Of a stretch of DNA of 64,000 nt, positions 59,221 through 64,000 are shown piece after piece (positions within the stretch are counted from its first letter, which is position 1; every line of letters begins with the position of its first letter). The notes under the pieces are model-generated. The model saw only the letters and a program-made list of their open reading frames with translations. It made no database searches and was not told the DNA's origin. The DNA comes from the human T2T-CHM13v2.0 reference genome, Homo sapiens. A program made the translations under genes and the position numbers. The stretch is from assembly GCF_009914755.1 (NCBI RefSeq), contig NC_060936.1, one strand, 5' to 3'.

Positions 59221-59264
<44 letters not shown>
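59221..59264. repeat. (TA)n microsatellite
   Basis: Perfect TA run. Confidence 0.95.
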
Positions 59265-59274
<10 letters not shown>

Positions 59275-60815
59275 TATGAATTTAACAAAATGAGTTGTAA
59301 TCTTCAGAATGTGACTATGGTTGCTTCAATAAATGCTAAACATAGAAATTTTAGGGCTAGGTTCACCCCTAATTTCATCCCAGAGGGCTATTGATATTAA
59401 TATTTTCTGCACTGTATTAGCATGGAGTATAACTCTAAAATATTTCCTTGTGGGAAATGAATATTTTAAAGATCCAGCCCATTCAGTGCAACCATCATTT
59501 CCATTATAACTGATTTTCCTGTTAGACTGTGTATAGGTCTTGAAGCCTTAGAAATATCACAAGGTTTTTCACAGTGCAGAGATTCCATATTCAACATATA
59601 GTACACTGAAATCCAAATTGGATTTTGAAATGTAACATTTCAAAACCAGAAGCAAATAAAAACATATTATTCACAGAAGGATTTCTCAGAGGGCAATATG
59701 ATAAAGAGGAGATGTCCTGGGTGGTTTTACTCCCAGTTCTAATATAAACTCTGTAAACTTGGGAAATTAACTAAATTTCAAGGAGCTCAATTCTGTCATC
59801 TGTAAAATGGGTATGATAATACTTTCCCTTCCTGATAACAAAAGTAGCGTTGAGATCAAGGGAGCAAATTGATGTGAAATATAATCCTTAGCCCACCCAT
59901 TTTAGACCACGCTTTGCTAAATTTTGGTGTTCACCTAGCTTGGTCTATTCATATCAACACTGTTATTAAAATTGTCACTTGGGGGTTCAGTTATTTTAGG
60001 TGTCATTAACAGCAACTGAAGGAGGTTTTTAATGATATGAATGATTGAGAATGTATATACTATGGAATGAGAACAAGAAACAGTTCACCCTAAGTTAATT
60101 ATGTAACAAATAAGTGTAGTTCTGGTGTTAGCATTCAATTTCTCCTCATTGGAGAGTTGGCCATTTCTCTGCCTTATGGGATCTGGAACCCTTCTCTTTC
60201 CATCTCCCAATTTTGCATATCTCTTAGTGCTTGTCCTCTGTGTTTCCTATAATTACCAGACTGGTTGGCATGGTTAGTTCCCTATATCTGGCCATTTGCT
60301 CTTTACAGATAATTTCTGGATTCCATGGAATTTGCATTGGCAAGTTCCACATTCCTGGTGTCCTTTGGGAAACTCTGGAATGCTGGTTCTTTCCTATCGG
60401 GAATGGAGTTTCTGCTGAATGTGCTTCCTGTTTTGCTTGGTTTTTATTTTTGTGATTATTATGTGTTAAAGGTTGTAGGGGATTCCCTTGGATGCAAATA
60501 TCTACTGCCCCTGAGGCATTTTACTGTGAGGAACACTTAACCTGTCTCTCTATCCTTCCCTGTCCGGTACTCCATTTCTCTACACTGATTTGTGAGAACA
60601 GCGGGGGTTGGACAGGCCCATTTTGGGCAAGATAAGAAAAGCATTAACTTGTGTGACTTGACAATGGTTCCTCTGTTACACCAAATTTATGGAACCCAAG
60701 GTACTTCCTGGATCCCTTCTTCGTGACCATTATCATTATAACTGTCATTTATTAAGTATCTACTATGTTCCAAGTACTTCAAAGCTGTAATCTCATAGAA
60801 TCCTCATAAAGATTC

Positions 60816-61598
<783 letters not shown>

Positions 61599-63841
61599 AT
61601 TCCATGAAGTTTCATATCTTACAGATGTGAAAATGCACACATAAAGAGATAACTTCCCTAAAGTGACAAAAGTAGGTGTGGTCAGGACCATGTTTTAATC
61701 CCAGTGTTATCTGCTTGGGCCAAAGCCCTTGATTTAATCACAGGCCTCCATCATGCCCATTGTCCACTACAACTGTAACCACTCAGGAATCAAATGCTTA
61801 ACTATTTAATGTCTATTTTTATGGCAGTTTTTTTTTTAGCAAAGTTAAAGATTTTAATTAAAGTTCAATTAAATTTCCAAAAGCTACACTTGCCTTTGGT
61901 TACATCTTTTTAGCAATACAGTGGTGGAGTCTTCCACTTAATTCCTTAAAAAAAGTTAACATTGTGTGTTCTTAGCATCACAAGTTCTGAGTGACAAGCA
62001 GCATTAAAGGGCATTTATTTGATGTCTGAATTTCCTCTGCAACATCTAACAAGGCTCACCTCTGTTTGAACAAAGCATCTCATTCCCTCCTCGGAAAGTG
62101 GGGGCTGTAAGATTGAGTCTCTGGTTACTAGGCGAAAAATGTCAGTATTAGATTGGCAAGGTAGGTGTTGGCCCAGCCAAGTCACATGGAATCAGCATCT
62201 GGACATGTGACATACTTTAGTTACTAGGATTAGTGTTGAAAAATTTATTTTGTCTTTCCCTCATCTGTTGAGCGTGTTAGCCACTAAAATATAGGAATGT
62301 AAACTTCCAACAGAGTTTTCTATTCCACCCTTTGCATTCTTCCCCCAAGGGGAAAGAGTCTACCTTGGACTGGCAGGATTCCAAAAGACAGAGCTTTTCC
62401 AAAAGACATTATCGAGCCGTTATTGATGATTAGCAATGATAATAAGCTAATGTTTCTTTATACACTGTCAGGCACTGTGTTAAGCATTTTTAAGGCATTC
62501 TTTTATTTACTCCAATGAAAGTGAAATACCACCTACGGATGTGATGAGGACTAAATGAGATAAGACAGAGCACTTAAAACCACGCCTGTCTGGGCATACT
62601 GTAAGCCTCAGTGACTACAGCCATGATTGTAATCAGTGACTGTATTTCCTTACTCTTAAAGCAGAGACAGGAGCAAGCTGGTGGAATCGCCCTCAATATT
62701 AACTCACATTTTTTACCTGATACCATTTCCAATCTTCTGTGAAATCCTATCCAGACCCTGTACTGACTCCCCTGGCAATTTCAACAAGAAATATTCTACC
62801 TTTCACTGCCAATTTGTTTTGGTAGAGGCTGATCTGCAGTCTGAACATAAATGAAAGGGAATCCACCCGCAATAATAAAGAGTGAGCCTGGCCCATCATG
62901 ATCAGAGACTGGCCCCTAACATGTTGACACAACGGCTGAACTATTTGAACACTGGAATGAACAAGTTGCAACAACTCCTGCAAGTCTCAGGAACTAATGT
63001 ACGGACAACGACGCGCATTTCACTGACAGAGTCCTGATAATATATTGCAGGAAAACCCACGGGCCAGCCGATAACACTCAGCGTTAATTTGTTTACCCAA
63101 AAATTAGAGGAAGGAGAAGTTGGTGATTTGCAAAAAAAGAAGTTTTGGTAACAAGCGTAACGTTGGTGTGTAATTTTCCTAATTGAATTGCCAAATTTCT
63201 ACCCACCACTGATCTTAATTTATAATAATGCTTCCATCTGTCTCACCTCCAGCATAGGAAATGGGAAGAGGGTGGTCTCTGCCTTAACATGGTAAGAAGA
63301 ATATCTGCAGGTAGTAGGTAATCTTTAAATTACATGTGTGATACTGGGAATTGCATATAAGCAAATAAGGAAGCTCATTACTTTTCCAGATTTCAATTAA
63401 CTGTATATTTGTAAAAATGCTTTCAGTTAGCAACATTTTGAATGGTAAAGGGATTGAAATTTACCTAAAAGAAAACCTTTTATAATGGTTTAGCAAATTT
63501 CAAGATTATCTAGGGCAGTCTGCATGGCCCTCAGATCATAGTGAATTAGTAATTTCTTGTGCAGAAATTGTCAAAAAACAGGAGGAAGTCAGGTGCCTAT
63601 CTAGAAACATAAAAATTGGGAATAACACAAAAAGGAAACCTTGACTTCCTACTAGGTATATTAGGCATTTAATTTAAAACTTCATTTACTTTTTAAAAAT
63701 TAACACAATACATGTTCACAATTCTAAAAACTCAAATACAACAAAACGTTTAATATAAACTTCTTACCCTCTCATTCCCAATTCCATTCCTTACTTTCAA
63801 ACATTTCAGCAGTTTCTTCTATTTATTTCCATATTTGTATA

Positions 63842-63872
<31 letters not shown>

Positions 63873-64000
63873 GCTATTTCTTGATTATTTTGAAAACTTA
63901 CTGACCACTGAATAATGACCTCCTCCAGGTAAAATGAGGATATCTTTCTTTTACATCAACTCCTGTCCCCATAGGCTTAATGTGATTATATAAAAATTTC

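Noticed and set aside
62747-62983. 78-aa minus-strand ORF as a coding exon
   Set aside because: Non-ATG start, no recognisable homology or splice context.

Overview
Primate, almost certainly human, repeat-rich intronic or intergenic DNA. I could not identify any cellular protein-coding exon, RNA gene or CRISPR array. The centre is a nested retroelement structure. A full-length young L1HS (pre-Ta-type ACG diagnostic; ORF1 338 aa, ORF2 1275 aa and antisense ORF0 all open; 13-bp TSD) is inserted antisense into ORF2 of an old full-length L1PB (minus strand), which also carries an AluY. The most notable observation is that the L1PB target-site duplication encloses about 230 bp of an MLT2 (ERV-L) LTR upstream of the L1 5' end. 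That piece appears to run from the LTR transcription start to its splice donor, so it looks like a retroposed fossil of a spliced LTR-driven L1 chimeric mRNA. Other items: an AluJ with an apparent Pol III 3' transduction, an Alu with a micro-inverted tail, a one-ended MADE1/Hsmar1 TIR inside an Alu, a 178-bp tandem duplication, solo LTRs (MLT1, THE1, LTR16, MLT2B, HERV-W LTR17) and many Alu/MIR/L2/DNA-transposon fossils. Repeat subfamily calls come from recalled consensus sequences, not from a database search.
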